From positions 1 to 37,257 of the forward strand of contig JARQWU010000079.1 of the NCBI GenBank assembly GCA_040182905.1: DNA of 37,257 bases, read 5' to 3'. The notes under the pieces were generated by a model, which was given only the letters and a program-made list of their open reading frames with translations, searched no databases and was not told the origin of the DNA. Below are positions 20,001 through 32,600 of the stretch, in pieces; within the stretch, counting starts at the first letter, position 1, and each line of letters starts with the position of its first letter. The position numbers were made by a program, and so were the translations under genes. The DNA comes from Barthelona sp. PAP020. Lineage: Eukaryota.

Positions 20001-23000
20001 TTGTAAACGGCTCAATAATAACTGGAATATTAAAACTCTTCCTTCGGGTAAAGCTTGGATCATTTCTCTATTTACATAAATCAAATCAATGATATAAGAA
20101 CACATTCCAGCAATGGCTTTAATGGATTTTAATCTAGAAATAATGTGCTTAGCAAAAATATACGGATTGATGTGCTTATCGAATAGATACTTTTCAACGT
20201 CTGCCAAAGAAAAGCAGTGTTCAATGATCCAATTATCAGCGTGATTTTGATGGTCAAATTTAGAAATTAACACTGGTTCGATATAAAGGTCATACGCTAC
20301 ATCGTTAATGAAAGCTTGATTTGATTCAATTAGTTGACTTGTTGGGACCTTCAATTTGTTCTTGCCGGATGTTGCTATGCTCATCAATACGGCATCTGCA
20401 GCAATTCTGCCCCTTACAACTGGAGTGACATCGCTCATCCTGGCATATTTTAAAGCCAAATCATGATGTTTCATATCGACCAGATATCGAATAATATTCA
20501 ATGGCGGAGCTTGCCAAATAACTAACCAGTTTAACGAATGCAAATCATAATCGATCTTTAACTTGTCCGATAAGATTTCAAGCAAATGTTTAAGCAAATT
20601 AATCGTTTCCAGTAAACGAGAATTCTCCTCAGCATTCATTTCAAGAATCTCTATTGAGTTCTTCAATGTGAAATTTGTGAAAAATTTCTCGAACATTCGA
20701 TATCTCAATTCCTTATCAAATAGTCGTCTAAGGAAAATGGTTAAGACTTCTGAACGTTCAACACCCTCATATTTCAAACATGAAATGTAAATAGCTACAC
20801 TCACAAAGTCTTTTGAACAAACAGGCAAGGTAATCTCACTTCTTAAAACTCTTGAAAAGTCTCTCTTTAATTTGAAAGAACGATCTATCTCTTCATCAAG
20901 TATCTTTAAAGCCATAATGGGTGATTGCATGCGAAAAGCATCAATAATTCTTGATTTTGTTAAAGCTGTTAGCACAAAGTGTCTTCTCAACTCATTTCGA
21001 TGAATAATGAAAAAATCTTTGTAGTTTGAAGAAATTATTTCTTCAGCAGTGTTGAAAAATTGTTCAACAGTATCGTTAGGCCCATGAATATTGCTTAAAA
21101 ACGTATCATATGTGTGCTTATTAACAAAACGATTTGCAGGTGAGTCAAAACCAAACGGAAGGACAAAAGCTTCCTGTGTTTCAAAATCTTCCTCATCTGA
21201 ATCACTTTCTTCACCAGCCTGTATTTCGTCATCACTTCCTGACCATATTTCTTCCATTTCTTCATCGCTGTGTTCTGTTTTTGAAAAAGTATCTGTAAAA
21301 GGAATGGCAGAGTTGGATATCTGTTTTGAAGCATTTATTCGTAATAGAGTGGCAAATTCTTGGTCTCGAGGATTCTTTTCATTCAAACTAGTAATAACGT
21401 TTCTTCCTTTCAATCCACCTAAGTTTCCAAGTGTTCCTAACCCTGTAAAACCACTTGTATAAAGATTTCCCTGATTTCCTGGAGAAAATATTGGTGGTGG
21501 TGGTGCCTGACTATCCCTTCTTAAATAATCAATTTCTCCGAAGAATTCAGGAGAAGGAACAACTGACTTGGAAACGTTGAATGGGGATGGAGTTGACAAA
21601 CCACGGGGACGATTTGTAATGCTGATTGGAGGTGGTTGATCCCTTGCAAATGTATTTGTCGGTGAAGGCAACTTAGTAACAGGTGTGGCCGTCTTTACAG
21701 AACCAATGTTATCACCAGGAATAAGAACCGTTAATTGAGTGGTAAACCAACGATAAATTACAGGATGACTCTGTTCCAATTGTTTCAATATAGCTAATGG
21801 AGCTGTAATCTCAGTCACATCTTCATCAGTAGTGTATAAAATAGAAGCGTTCATATCATTACGTAAAGCATTTAACTGATTGACAGACAATTCAAAATTA
21901 TCCAAAAAGTTGATGCCATATCTGGTCAATAACAGAATCACTCCAACAACAGGGTCTAAAGTCGAAAAATGATAGAGTTCAACAAGTGGGATTTCATGAA
22001 TTAGAAGTCTCCCCGAATGCAAAGCAGCAACAATGACATCTATAGGTGATAGCTGCATGAGACTGCACACGTTTTTGAACTGGGCAAAACCACCACCAAC
22101 AAGTATTGAAATTGCAAATGCCAATGGTGCTAATTGAAGGGTAATTGGAACGAAAGTAGATAATTTGATGAAAAAATTGGCAGATTCAAGATTAGAATAG
22201 GGCCAAACAAATTCCAGCAATTGATTTTGGGGATCTTCTACTGATAATCGAGATAAAATTTGTAATTGACACAATCCTGACTGTACAATAATTCTTTCCC
22301 ATGCTTCTCTGGTAGCACTGATGAAGGTGACAAACTTATTTGAGATGTCATCGCTAACTGCATCTTTCATAAATCTTACAACGCTCAACAGACAATCCTT
22401 AATCAGGGATGGATTTGAATCTTCAGTTGGCTCATCTAAAGTATGCAGAAACTCAATAAATTTGATTGTATCCAGCAAATCAACAGAATTTGACATTGTA
22501 CCAACCAAGTTTTCCACTACATTCTGTGAAAAAGTCTCAAAATTCATACGAGGAAATGATATTGTTTTAGATGATAACCTACCTTCAATCAAAGAAGGTA
22601 GATAAGTTTGATTCAAAAATTGAATGATAGATTGCCCAAATTCGTTTACATGAGAAAACAACACAGAAAAAACAGCTCTGCCATCTAAGAACATGTTAAA
22701 AGATGTAGTCATCATTGCAATTCTCGAAATGTAATGCTTAGCTTTTGATGATGGAAGAATGGCCAAAAAATCTTCAGCAAAACTCAGAGCATCAACGGGA
22801 GATAAGCTTTGAACATACGGGAGACTAAACAAATAAGAATTACCACTAATAAGTGAGGTTAATAATGGTGGAACAATAACACTAGTAGGTAGGAAATGTG
22901 CAAAACAAATAATCAGATTTAATAACGAAGAAGTAATAACACTATCTTCTGCTATCTCAGAAGAAGTAGTAGAAGCACCCATTTTATACAGGTCATCACT

Positions 23001-24446
23001 AGTTATGTCCACAAGATCATCATCAGAAACTGATACAACATAATCGTCTTCAGAAACCTCTTCAGTAACTGACATTAGATCACTGTCTATTGTATTTGAG
23101 ACATGAATCTTGATATCTTTGGGTATTTCACCGAATACTGCTAATTTATACACAATTTTATAATATTCCAGAAAAGGAGGCACTTCAATCAAAAAAATTT
23201 TGTAAAATTTCTGTTCAACATCAACAAATTTCTGATAATGAGCAATTGAATCTTCTAATAAATATGTTGTTGAAGAAATCTGACATAAATAAGCACATAA
23301 AAATGCAAAAGAGTAATTGTTAAAATTGAACTGCTTTAAATAGGCCAATGACACATGTTTCAAACCATTGGATCCTTTTCTAAGGATCTCTAAACAAAAC
23401 AACAGCTGAAAATATTTGTTCTCTTTAATTTCCACGCCACTATCAGTCAACTCAAAATCATCAGTCACAAATTTGGAAAAATGAATCAAATATTCCAATA
23501 AGTTGTTGATACATACTGTTTCTTTGTTCAAAAATACATTTTCTTTTGTAATATGATACAAATATACTAAAACGGTCAATAAAAGTCGACTTTCAAACGA
23601 AAAATCTGGCCAAACATCATGATCAATCATTTCAATTGCACATAACATCTTATCAAGGAAATCAGATGAAGACACCAAATCTCCCCGAATGAGATCAACT
23701 AAAAGCCGATCAAAAACATCAATTTGCACAAATCGAAGTTCTTTATCAACCTTCTTTAAAAACTTTCGCAAATATCCATTGTCATACTGCTCAACCAATA
23801 AAAACATTTGTAAGAATAAAATCAACATTTCTTCTAACTCCAATGTATCTAAGAAATCAAAAAAAAGTTTCAATGTCTCATCATTTAGCTCGACAAAAGA
23901 ACATATTCGACAAGCATAAATGAACACTTCATCAACTGAATATTCAAGAATTTCTTTGAAGAATTGTTGCATATATTCAGTCAATAAATCTTGATGATGA
24001 GTCGAAAACTCAAGAATTGTGTGGCCATGACAAAATTGCAATACTAAATCAATTTGATCAATCGGTACAAAGAAATAAGACTTTAAAAACGTTAATTCAA
24101 CAACAGAAGTTAAACTGTATATGGGATCAAATGTATTTAAAGGTTCAGATAATAAAAAAGAAAAAGGAAATGAAAAATAATTGAATTTTAGAGGCCAAAC
24201 TTCAGAAACTTCACAATTAAATACAAAATTATCATTTAATAATTCTTCAAGAACTGAAAAAGGATTATAATTTGCAATAAAAGTATCACAAAACTTTTCA
24301 CCTTCTGATATTGTAAATTCTTTAAAATATTGTTTGGCTAGAGTAAATTTTCCTTGTTTTAATGCTTTAGAACACAAATAATAAAGATTTGATACAACTC
24401 TTTCTGTATCATATATATGGGGAATTTTTGTTATTAATGGTTTCAT
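17067..24446 (-). CDS. ZFYVE26: Spastizin (ZFYVE26/SPG15)-like solenoid protein lacking a FYVE finger, 2459 aa
   Basis: Blocks resembling spastizin, in the expected order: GVKILLCLPKSLRSIY...KPSTIFEHLIMSRK; YSLKAL; LTGELSVDELNRIQFTYPGYADMGLFLSIVSLL; IDQLLMLGEWRLSLTLC; C-terminal RVNILLDVKLYDLA...AQRNGEQDIVDKC. Recognised by eye. Confidence 0.72.
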   Translation of the reverse strand: MKPLITKIPHIYDTERVVSNLYYLCSKALKQGKFTLAKQYFKEFTISEGEKFCDTFIANYNPFSVLEELLNDNFVFNCEVSEVWPLKFNYFSFPFSFLLSEPLNTFDPIYSLTSVVELTFLKSYFFVPIDQIDLVLQFCHGHTILEFSTHHQDLLTEYMQQFFKEILEYSVDEVFIYACRICSFVELNDETLKLFFDFLDTLELEEMLILFLQMFLLVEQYDNGYLRKFLKKVDKELRFVQIDVFDRLLVDLIRGDLVSSSDFLDKMLCAIEMIDHDVWPDFSFESRLLLTVLVYLYHITKENVFLNKETVCINNLLEYLIHFSKFVTDDFELTDSGVEIKENKYFQLLFCLEILRKGSNGLKHVSLAYLKQFNFNNYSFAFLCAYLCQISSTTYLLEDSIAHYQKFVDVEQKFYKIFLIEVPPFLEYYKIVYKLAVFGEIPKDIKIHVSNTIDSDLMSVTEEVSEDDYVVSVSDDDLVDITSDDLYKMGASTTSSEIAEDSVITSSLLNLIICFAHFLPTSVIVPPLLTSLISGNSYLFSLPYVQSLSPVDALSFAEDFLAILPSSKAKHYISRIAMMTTSFNMFLDGRAVFSVLFSHVNEFGQSIIQFLNQTYLPSLIEGRLSSKTISFPRMNFETFSQNVVENLVGTMSNSVDLLDTIKFIEFLHTLDEPTEDSNPSLIKDCLLSVVRFMKDAVSDDISNKFVTFISATREAWERIIVQSGLCQLQILSRLSVEDPQNQLLEFVWPYSNLESANFFIKLSTFVPITLQLAPLAFAISILVGGGFAQFKNVCSLMQLSPIDVIVAALHSGRLLIHEIPLVELYHFSTLDPVVGVILLLTRYGINFLDNFELSVNQLNALRNDMNASILYTTDEDVTEITAPLAILKQLEQSHPVIYRWFTTQLTVLIPGDNIGSVKTATPVTKLPSPTNTFARDQPPPISITNRPRGLSTPSPFNVSKSVVPSPEFFGEIDYLRRDSQAPPPPIFSPGNQGNLYTSGFTGLGTLGNLGGLKGRNVITSLNEKNPRDQEFATLLRINASKQISNSAIPFTDTFSKTEHSDEEMEEIWSGSDDEIQAGEESDSDEEDFETQEAFVLPFGFDSPANRFVNKHTYDTFLSNIHGPNDTVEQFFNTAEEIISSNYKDFFIIHRNELRRHFVLTALTKSRIIDAFRMQSPIMALKILDEEIDRSFKLKRDFSRVLRSEITLPVCSKDFVSVAIYISCLKYEGVERSEVLTIFLRRLFDKELRYRMFEKFFTNFTLKNSIEILEMNAEENSRLLETINLLKHLLEILSDKLKIDYDLHSLNWLVIWQAPPLNIIRYLVDMKHHDLALKYARMSDVTPVVRGRIAADAVLMSIATSGKNKLKVPTSQLIESNQAFINDVAYDLYIEPVLISKFDHQNHADNWIIEHCFSLADVEKYLFDKHINPYIFAKHIISRLKSIKAIAGMCSYIIDLIYVNREMIQALPEGRVLIFQLLLSRLQATFDGVKILLCLPKSLRSIYDQNITKPSTIFEHLIMSRKIGEVSRILELMKSRSPGEIFEFDLSEEIVKTSKVHVKSDIRSFLHQKILYKTILVYSLKALQFDNLNRYDKSLKELIAEEEANQDENKTDDVLTTPSQVEIGYNHVPTSRTPYTPASKSNFDGLNQSKRVYTPRTPLSVFSNATPLAKRFVDPRTGKRFESPISQKIYTASQKLETKQPLQPLLTGELSVDELNRIQFTYPGYADMGLFLSIVSLLPAKYWGHAIKVAIAIGLSEDGLEMLSIYEQSLSLIRLLTLATLLKSTRHVPADVEEFCDFVIVIPIIENRLIDFLKLLIRICAQGHTKPLPLRNTKDVYRIIDQLLMLGEWRLSLTLCDFFSDNLGSLPRANALFQIVISSLGVCTDTLIKKDHEIPKNRYVEIDTDESKPESVEIAESLTSQSLIDLWKCLETLSEPQERHYHWDFAIRLYNHLITLPARMFKVNWQEKTIFEIAQHLGLNLALTKTISMHQSMSHLDISQNYSSDIMKSMPLGISSALNDVSLSEEFPAGSLIESEYDAILSEKYARQHIFQKSKSFECISWFTVYCLAKKGPQAMNELIQILMKYGKTLTQPYTPHKMLVSTQPLSIYQEKDKDSLIDIPVINLLAVPLFEHGLPCIVELISRLPTTMEHTIQISNGLLNFLVLEKFYVEANMLLFFYWPSNAALACAECCILEHSTITGDTPADMQYRNELLMRIGIHLSHMDRQHESSSIKVGMLKRLFRLQKESERIIQEVWKLLGKQGVIQLLSFFPPSTKRIPNIFLLDDFDYLLLIVYLLINRSIDLLMNIQSESFDNISLIESKSQTLLQAFTIIVLFIVDNSFFNLMETMFFMIDSCLTPTDRTEILISFVHKLAVAFNDIDVTKSRKAELLGQIKNTVTHIPHSSQRVNILLDVKLYDLALEEASIAQSFGDLQDILRIAQRNGEQDIVDKCKSIIVNRF

Positions 24447-24947
24447 TAAACTATTTAAATTTAAATATTATAATTAATTAAAGACTATTCGAAAATATAA
24501 ACAGAAAAATTTCCTTTTATTGTTTTAATCATAGAATATATTAATTCTTTTTTAAATCAACTATAATAGTATTGATAAAAGATTTTATCGGCATAATAGA
24601 TCATTATAATTTTGATACAGTGAATTATCTCAAAAAGCAGTCCCAAAATTTTTTGTATTCTTCTATTTGATTTAAAAACAACATAAACTTTATATGTTTG
24701 TTTTCTTTGAAGAAATAGATGATAAATAAATGCAAAACAATCAGATATTGCAGAAGTTAAGAAAAATCTCAATTAATTCAATAAAATTAAATATTTTTAT
24801 CAAATCAACATTTACAAAAGCATAAGAGTGAAAAGGATTAAAAAAAAAAGATAACAGCAATTTGATAATTTTTTGTTGTTCAAGTGCTGTTGCTGTCTTT
24901 ATCTTTTTCAAAAATATTTTATTTTATTGTGAATACTTTGGAAAAAG

Positions 24948-26661
24948 ATGGATGAAAACACAGTAATTGCAGGATTGTATAGTAATTAATATTGTATTAA
25001 AAGAAAATAACTAACTTTTTCAATAGGTGATAATCCGAACAAATTTATTGAAAATTTGACCAATAAATGTGTATATTATGGACAAATACCGGCGAAATTT
25101 GTGATAGAAATCATATTAAATTATGAAAATGTATATAATCGTCAATTAGAAATGAATATATGTCAATTTTTTCAATCAATAATTGAAAAGATATGTGAAA
25201 AAGATGAATTAAATGAAGAAGATTGGGATAAATTGATCATTTTATTTGATCGAGATTTTAATTTGTTTAAAGAAACCAAAAAGCAATATATTTATAATTA
25301 TTTCTATGATTTAAATTTTGAAAAGTTTATAAATCCAAATTATTATAACATTGATGAAGAATTTTCGAAATTTTTTTTAAGTAATGTATCTACCATTTTA
25401 GATACTCATATTATCTATCAATTTAAACAATTTTTAGTTAAATTAAGTCAAAATGCGGAAAATGATTTTAATAAATATCAAAACAATTTTTTCCAAAAAT
25501 TTTTAAATGCGTTTTATTCTTGTATTAATATTTTCCAATATGATTTGATTTGTGGTTATTTATTTATTGATGCAAAAGAGTTTTGTGATGTTCATAATGG
25601 ATTATCTGCATATTTTTATGAAAAATTTGGAAATGTATCAAGTAATGAATTTGAAGCTTTTAATGAGGTCTATATTCGTAAATTAGCAAAATTTTGTGTT
25701 AATTATTTAAAGAGAGATGAAATTTTTTTAGAAACTTTAAAAACACTTGTGTTTGATTTGATTTGGAAGAATATTGTTGAAAGTTCACAAACAAAACAAT
25801 TGACCTTATGTTTTAGTAATTTAACGAATTTTTTGGAAATTTTTTACGATAAACATTCTCATGATGATAGCTTGTTTAATATATTTGATAATTCTTTTTT
25901 ATTGAATGTTTTGGATTTTTTAGAAAGAAATGATATTCACACTGAAGTTTTGATTTGTGTGAAAGATTTCTTTGATCGTTTATTGGTTTATAAGGATAAG
26001 GAAACATTAGTTTATAATATTAAATTAAAAAGGTTTGAACAATTATGGAAAATGGCCTTATCAAAGAAAACTGTAAAAGATCAAGATTTATACATGAACA
26101 TCTTGGTTTCTTTGATAGAATTTGCTGAAAATTCAAATGATGTTTGGAATCTATTGAAAACAAATCTTTTTACCATAGTTAATGATGAATTGGTTTCAAA
26201 GGTATGTAATGATAATCTAAAAGATAAAGAATCAATTGTACAATTAATCAAAGGTAAAATATCCTCCATATTAAATATTATTTATTCTGCTAGGACAAAA
26301 ATAATTGATTTTAAACGAGATGATGATTTTGAAAAAGAAATTCTTCTTGAAACTTTTGAAACTTTGCAAAATTTTCATAAACATTTGATCAATTCAAATT
26401 TGGATTTTATAAATGTAGAAACTACACTAATTAACGTTATTCAATCATTAATTTATAATTTTATTGAAAATTGTTCCAAATTATATCAAAATTTTCTTGA
26501 AATATTAATTAATGGTTTAATTAAACTTTTTGGTAGTTTTGATATCACCAAAATCAAAGGCACAACCAGAACCATCAATAACAATATCAATAATGAAAAT
26601 GATATGTTTTTATTTTACTATTGTGTTTTACACATGTTATGTAGAAACTCTATTGATATCC

Positions 26662-26699
<38 letters not shown>

Positions 26700-29600
26700 G
26701 AAAAAAGTTTGGTTGAATCCATAATCATATTGAAAACGTTATTATTTGAAAATATTGAATATTTATTTGATAAACTTTTAATATTTAAAGAAAATCATGA
26801 AATATTTGAATATTTAATGAAAAGTTTACAATATATATGTCACTATATTACTACAAATGATTTTTATGATAAAATGAAACTTCCCTCAGCAGAATTAAAC
26901 AGATTTGCTAATGCGATTCAAAACTATGGAAACTTTCAAACAAATATCATATTCTTTAACTTTTTAAATAATGTAGAAAAAATCATTGATATTGATGATA
27001 TTTTAAACTTTTTAGAAACTTTTAAATCAACTTTTATGTATTCTGAAGTAAATTATGAAATTTGGGTTATTTTAAACACATTTATGAAAAGAAAATTCAA
27101 AAAACAAAAGAAAATCAAATCTAAGTCTAAAATTTATAATCTTTTCAAAACTTTTATCAATAGCAACAATAATATTGATTCTTTCAAGAAAATCAAAAAA
27201 ATTGGTGTTATTATGAAATATAGTGATCTTTTGGGGATTGAAGATTCTTCATATTTTGTCGATATCAATGAAGAAGTTGTCAATTTTTATTTCAATGTAT
27301 TCAATGAAAGTCAAGATAAATCTGTGATTTCAATCTGTGGAAAATATTTGAAAATGTTTGTTGATAATTACTATCAAAGATGTTTATTGGTATTGATTGA
27401 TGTCAATAACAATGATGAATATGAAAGGAAATTACAAGTGTGGAATACTTTATTACAATGTAATAGGATGGTAATTGATAGATTGATTAATGAAAAAACA
27501 ATGAATGAAAGAACAATAATTTTATTGAGAGAATTGATTGAACAAGAGAGTCAACGTAATAATGAATCTATGATTGAATTATTTGATGAAGATTTATTCC
27601 CAAACTATCATCTAAATGATTATGTGACACCATTCATTGAATTATTATCTGAAGGTGAATATTATGGGAGGTTATTGAATTGTATAAGTAGATTTAAAAA
27701 TAATTCTAATCTTATGATTGAATTTATAGCAATATTTAACATGTTAAAACCTTTGAATTTTTCAATCAATTCAACTGAGAATAGAAATGAAAATTTTGTT
27801 TATAATTTCAAAGATTTTTTCAATTTTTTGCTTCAAAAATTTTCTTTTTATACCAATAATTGTGTAACAAATGATGAAAACAAATTTTTTGAAAAGTTTA
27901 TTTTTTTCATTTATTTAAATAAATATGAACAAGCAAATACAAAAATAAACATTGAAAAAATGTTTTATTTTGATGCTTTTGAATATTTTTCTCAATTTTT
28001 ATTCAATACTTCAGAATTCATCATTGATCATAATTTATTATCTAATATTCTCAAAAATATCTATTCTAATCATGTTCAAAAATTGATTCCAACATATCAA
28101 ATAAACTTGTTAATAATATTAAAAGAATGTATAATAAAAATTAAAGACAAAAATTTACAAACATTTGAACTTGAAACATTGACAAATATTTTAAATTTTT
28201 TTGAAAAATTTAAAATTGATGATGAAAACTTTTCAATTATTATCGAGATTATTCAAGCTCTTTTTGATTATTTTGCTGGTATCAAGAAAAATGCTGAAAG
28301 TTTTCAAATTATCAAAAATTTTTGTACCAAATTTTTCCTTCCAGTTAATTTGAATAATTATTCAATCAATGGTATGGATCAATTGTTACTTTTCTTTTAC
28401 AATTTTGATTTCAATTCCTTTGATAATTTTAATATATTATTCTTTTATTCAATTCTCTTTGAAGAACTTTCCAAACATTTGAACATTTCATCAAAAAATT
28501 CAAATATTCTTTCAAATATTTTTGACAAAATTTTGAAAGAATTCATCTCAAAACCAAATCAATCATCAAAAAGAAATGTCTATCTTCTACGTGTTTTTGT
28601 CTCATCTGCTAAAAACATTGACATTGAGAATTCAAAAGATTTATCAGATTTCTTTCTTTCATTGTATCCTATGTTATTCCCTTCAATTACTTCTCAAAAT
28701 TTTTGTAAAAATGAAAATGAAAATAATCAATATTCTGTCAACTTCATCAAGAATCATTTGTGTGGATACATCCAACAACCTCAAATGACTGATGTACAAG
28801 AGCGTAATATTACATTTGAATGTTTGAAATTGATTTCCAAGAAATTAAGACATTCTAATCCTTCATCAAATCAAAAATTTTTGGAATTTTTCAAAAGTTT
28901 AATCGCTTCAGACAAACATCAATTTTCTGATTGGAATATTGATCCATTTATCAATAATAAACCTTTTGAAGAAATTAAAGAAAAGGAGGAAAACAAAGAG
29001 TTAGAATTGAGTTATGAAAAAGAAGGCAAATTCTATGTTTTTAAGAATCCCAAAGGTTTCAAGGGAAAGAGTGGTTTATATAACTTAGGTAATACTTGTT
29101 ATTTCAATTGTATTATTCAATTGTTATATAGTATTGATGAGTTCAGAAATTTCATCCTTCAATTAACATTTTCCGATGAATTTTTGGAAACAGTCAGAAT
29201 TGACTACTCTGATGGTGAAAAGAAAGTGAAAGATAAGGCAGAAAGAATTTTGCAATTATTTGAATTGAAGAATCTGTTCGTTCACATGTTGTTTGGTCTG
29301 GAAAAGGCAGCAGATGCTTCAGACTTAATCCCATTATGTCGTGCTTTTGGTGGTGAACCTCTCAGTGTGTATGAACAACAAGATCTAAATGAAGTTTTGT
29401 TGAATTTGTTGAATGATTTAGATGACGGTTTGAAGTACTACAATCAATATGCAGACAATGACAATAAACAAAGTGAAAAGGATGAGAAAGATGAAAAAGA
29501 TCCTAGTGCCATTGAAAAATTGTTCGGTTCAAAACTTTTGTCTTGTTTCCAGGGTATTGAAGATAATTGCAGTCACATCAATTATTCAAAGCAAAATTCT

Positions 29601-32600
29601 TTAATCCACATGATTCCTATTGCAGAAGGAGATACTGATCACACTTTGGGAGAATGTTTTGAAGAATATGTCAATGGAGATTATTTGGTTGGGGATTCTC
29701 AATACAATTGTTCAAAATGTAAACAAAAAAGAGATACTCATATGTCCAGTTGGGTTGATAAAGAAAGTTTGGGAAAATATCAATTTATGATGTTAAAACG
29801 TTCTTATTATGATTTTATGACTGATACTAAGATAAAGAACTCTGCAAAAGTGTTATTTGATACTGAAATAGATTTGTCAAGCATTTGCAAGACTGAATCT
29901 CAATTCCAAGATGCTGAAACGTCCAAACAACGGTTAAAAGACATTTCATCAACATCAATTCCTTTTAACTTACATGGATTAGCAGTCCATTCTGGTAATG
30001 CATTATCTGGACATTATTGGTCTTATGTAATCAACCACTTTTCTGATAAAATTGAAACTTCTGATTTTGTACAATTCAACGATGCACAGGTCACCACTGC
30101 TCATGGAAATACAGTTTGTCAAGACTCTTTTGGAAGGACTCAAGCCGATACCAAAATGTTAGATGATTTTGAAAGGATTATACAAGTGCGAAACCTTTCT
30201 GATGCAGAGCAACAACGTTATATCAAATTGAGTTCTCAAGCATGTGCTTATTTGTTGTGTTATCGAATAAAAGAGGATGAGACAAGTATTGCTGATCTTG
30301 TTGAGTTTAAGATTGAAGAGAGTATTGTTCAAAGACTTATTGAGAGTAATTCTGTTGAGCTAGCAAAGATTTGTTTTATTGACAAATCTTTTATTGATTC
30401 AATGTTGTATATTTTCAATGAAATACTGTTGAACGATGAAAATTTACTCAATGCTGATTCTTTTGAGTATATTTGGGAATTCTACACTCAATATGCTTGT
30501 AGATTGAAAGATGAAGCTAATTATGAATTGTTAGTTAAAGTAATTTCAAAAATTTGGAAAAGTTTGCAAAATAATATTGATGAACAACAAAAAATATTTG
30601 AATATTTGTTTAAAATTGATTCTGTTGAAATTGATTCTCCTTTTTATCATCGAGTAATAGAACCCTCATTTTTTTCTCCTAATGAAAGAGATTTAGCCTT
30701 TTTTTTATCAGTCTTTGATATTCTTTTTGATATTGAAGCGATTGAATTTGACATAGCCTATGAACTTTTCACAAAGTTTGTAAAATATTCAGTTGTTGGA
30801 TTTGTTGAGCCAAATAGATTATCAGTAATATGTAAAGTTTTGCAACTGTGTTTAAAGCACTTGGTTATCATGGACAACGATGATCTAGAATTATCAACAG
30901 TATTAGAAAAGGTTATGCAGGCATATTTAACGAATTCCATTGAAATTCATTGTTCTCTATTATTCGAAAGACAATTTGTTAATAATACACAATGGGATAC
31001 CGCTAAAGACCTTATTTCTTTATTGGAAATCATGGAAACTCCTTCAATCACATCAAAACAATATGAAAGGGTGTCACAAAATGAATATCAACATAACTGT
31101 AGTGAAGCTATCGTTGATTTTGTTTTTTTGGTCTTTGACAGGTACTCTGATTATGAACAGTCTTTTGTTGGTTTAGTTGAGCAACTGTCATACATCTTAC
31201 CTATGTTCTTTGTTTCTGTTCATAAAAATTTTGATGTTTTGGGTTTACAAGCTGATAAAACAAAGGAGAGGCAAGAGAAAAAAAATAAACTTTTCGAATA
31301 TTTTATCAAACTTTTGGAACTCGATTGTACTTTAATTTCCTCTTATTTTTTGAGCGGAAAAGGGATAGAAGATCAATTGAACTTTTTTTCAGAGGTTTGT
31401 CAATGGTACCATTTGACTGACAAGTATGAAAGTGAAAAAAAAGCCTTAATAAGCAAAAAAATGAATGAAAGCTTTGGAAAAAACATAGTTAATCTTTTGC
31501 AAACACAGGAAAACGTTGTTGCTGCATGGTTGTTGTCTTGTATGTCTAAAAAACAGAATTTTGACCCTTTATTTTATGATTCACTTGTTAGCCCCTTTAT
31601 TGATGGTGTTTTCATGGTAATTGGCAGGAAAATTTTGCAAAAGAAAATGAATTTGATGCGAGTTGAGAACATTGAAGATATGAATGAGCTTTTTGGCGGG
31701 GCATTGATTTTAACTCAATCTGTTGGCGATGATGTCGATATATTGGTTAGAAATCAAGATTTTTTTAATCTTGTTTATGAAATAATCAAAAATATTTGTT
31801 CAACGTTACCAAATCAAACAAAGAGCTTAAAATCCAAAGATATACCACAGAATAACATTACCTTTATCTTCCCCAATGTTGCAGTAATAAATCATTCCTC
31901 TGGTAATAATGAACAAAAGTTTGAATTGGTCATGCAAAAATTCTTCCACATGATTAACCTTATCACTGAATTATTGAAAATGTTTGAAAATTTAAAAAAT
32001 TCAAATGTTTCAATAAAGTGTTTGTTTGATTTGCAAGTTGCATATCAATTATTAGAAGTGTTCGATAATGTTGAAATCAAAGATGTGAATACAAACATTA
32101 TCGAGAAGTTTGTTCAAATGTATAGAACATTTAAAGACATGATTAACAGTTCAGTCATAACAAATGAGAGGTTTTGCTACAATTTGCACAAATATTTGAT
32201 TAATTTTTCTTCAATTTTGTCGGAAAGGTTTATTTCTGCTTTGATTGAGTTCGAAAAAGATAGTCAGGTGAGAGATGATTATGAAATAAGTTTATTCAAT
32301 AAAAATATGGCAATTCCATACCTTAAATTTGTTGAGATTGTAGCAGAATATGATATTTCAGCATTCAGTGAAAAGTGGTTTTTCAACATGTTTGAGAGTT
32401 TGCCTTTCAGTAATATAGTTCAAGAAAATGTAGGTGACAATTTTTATCGTATTAATGGTGATAGTTTGGTTATTATGGAACTTTTTGAAAGAATATTTAG
32501 AAGAGTGATGAATCAGATCACCAACGATATCAATAAGAAAAAAAAGTTTTCAGAATGGTCTTTTAATTTCATAGAAGACCAAGATTGTTCTTGTTTGAAA

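Noticed and set aside
24963..24968. Alternative GTAATT donor for the USP intron
   Set aside because: Phase 0; joining it to the 25026 acceptor would be out of frame.
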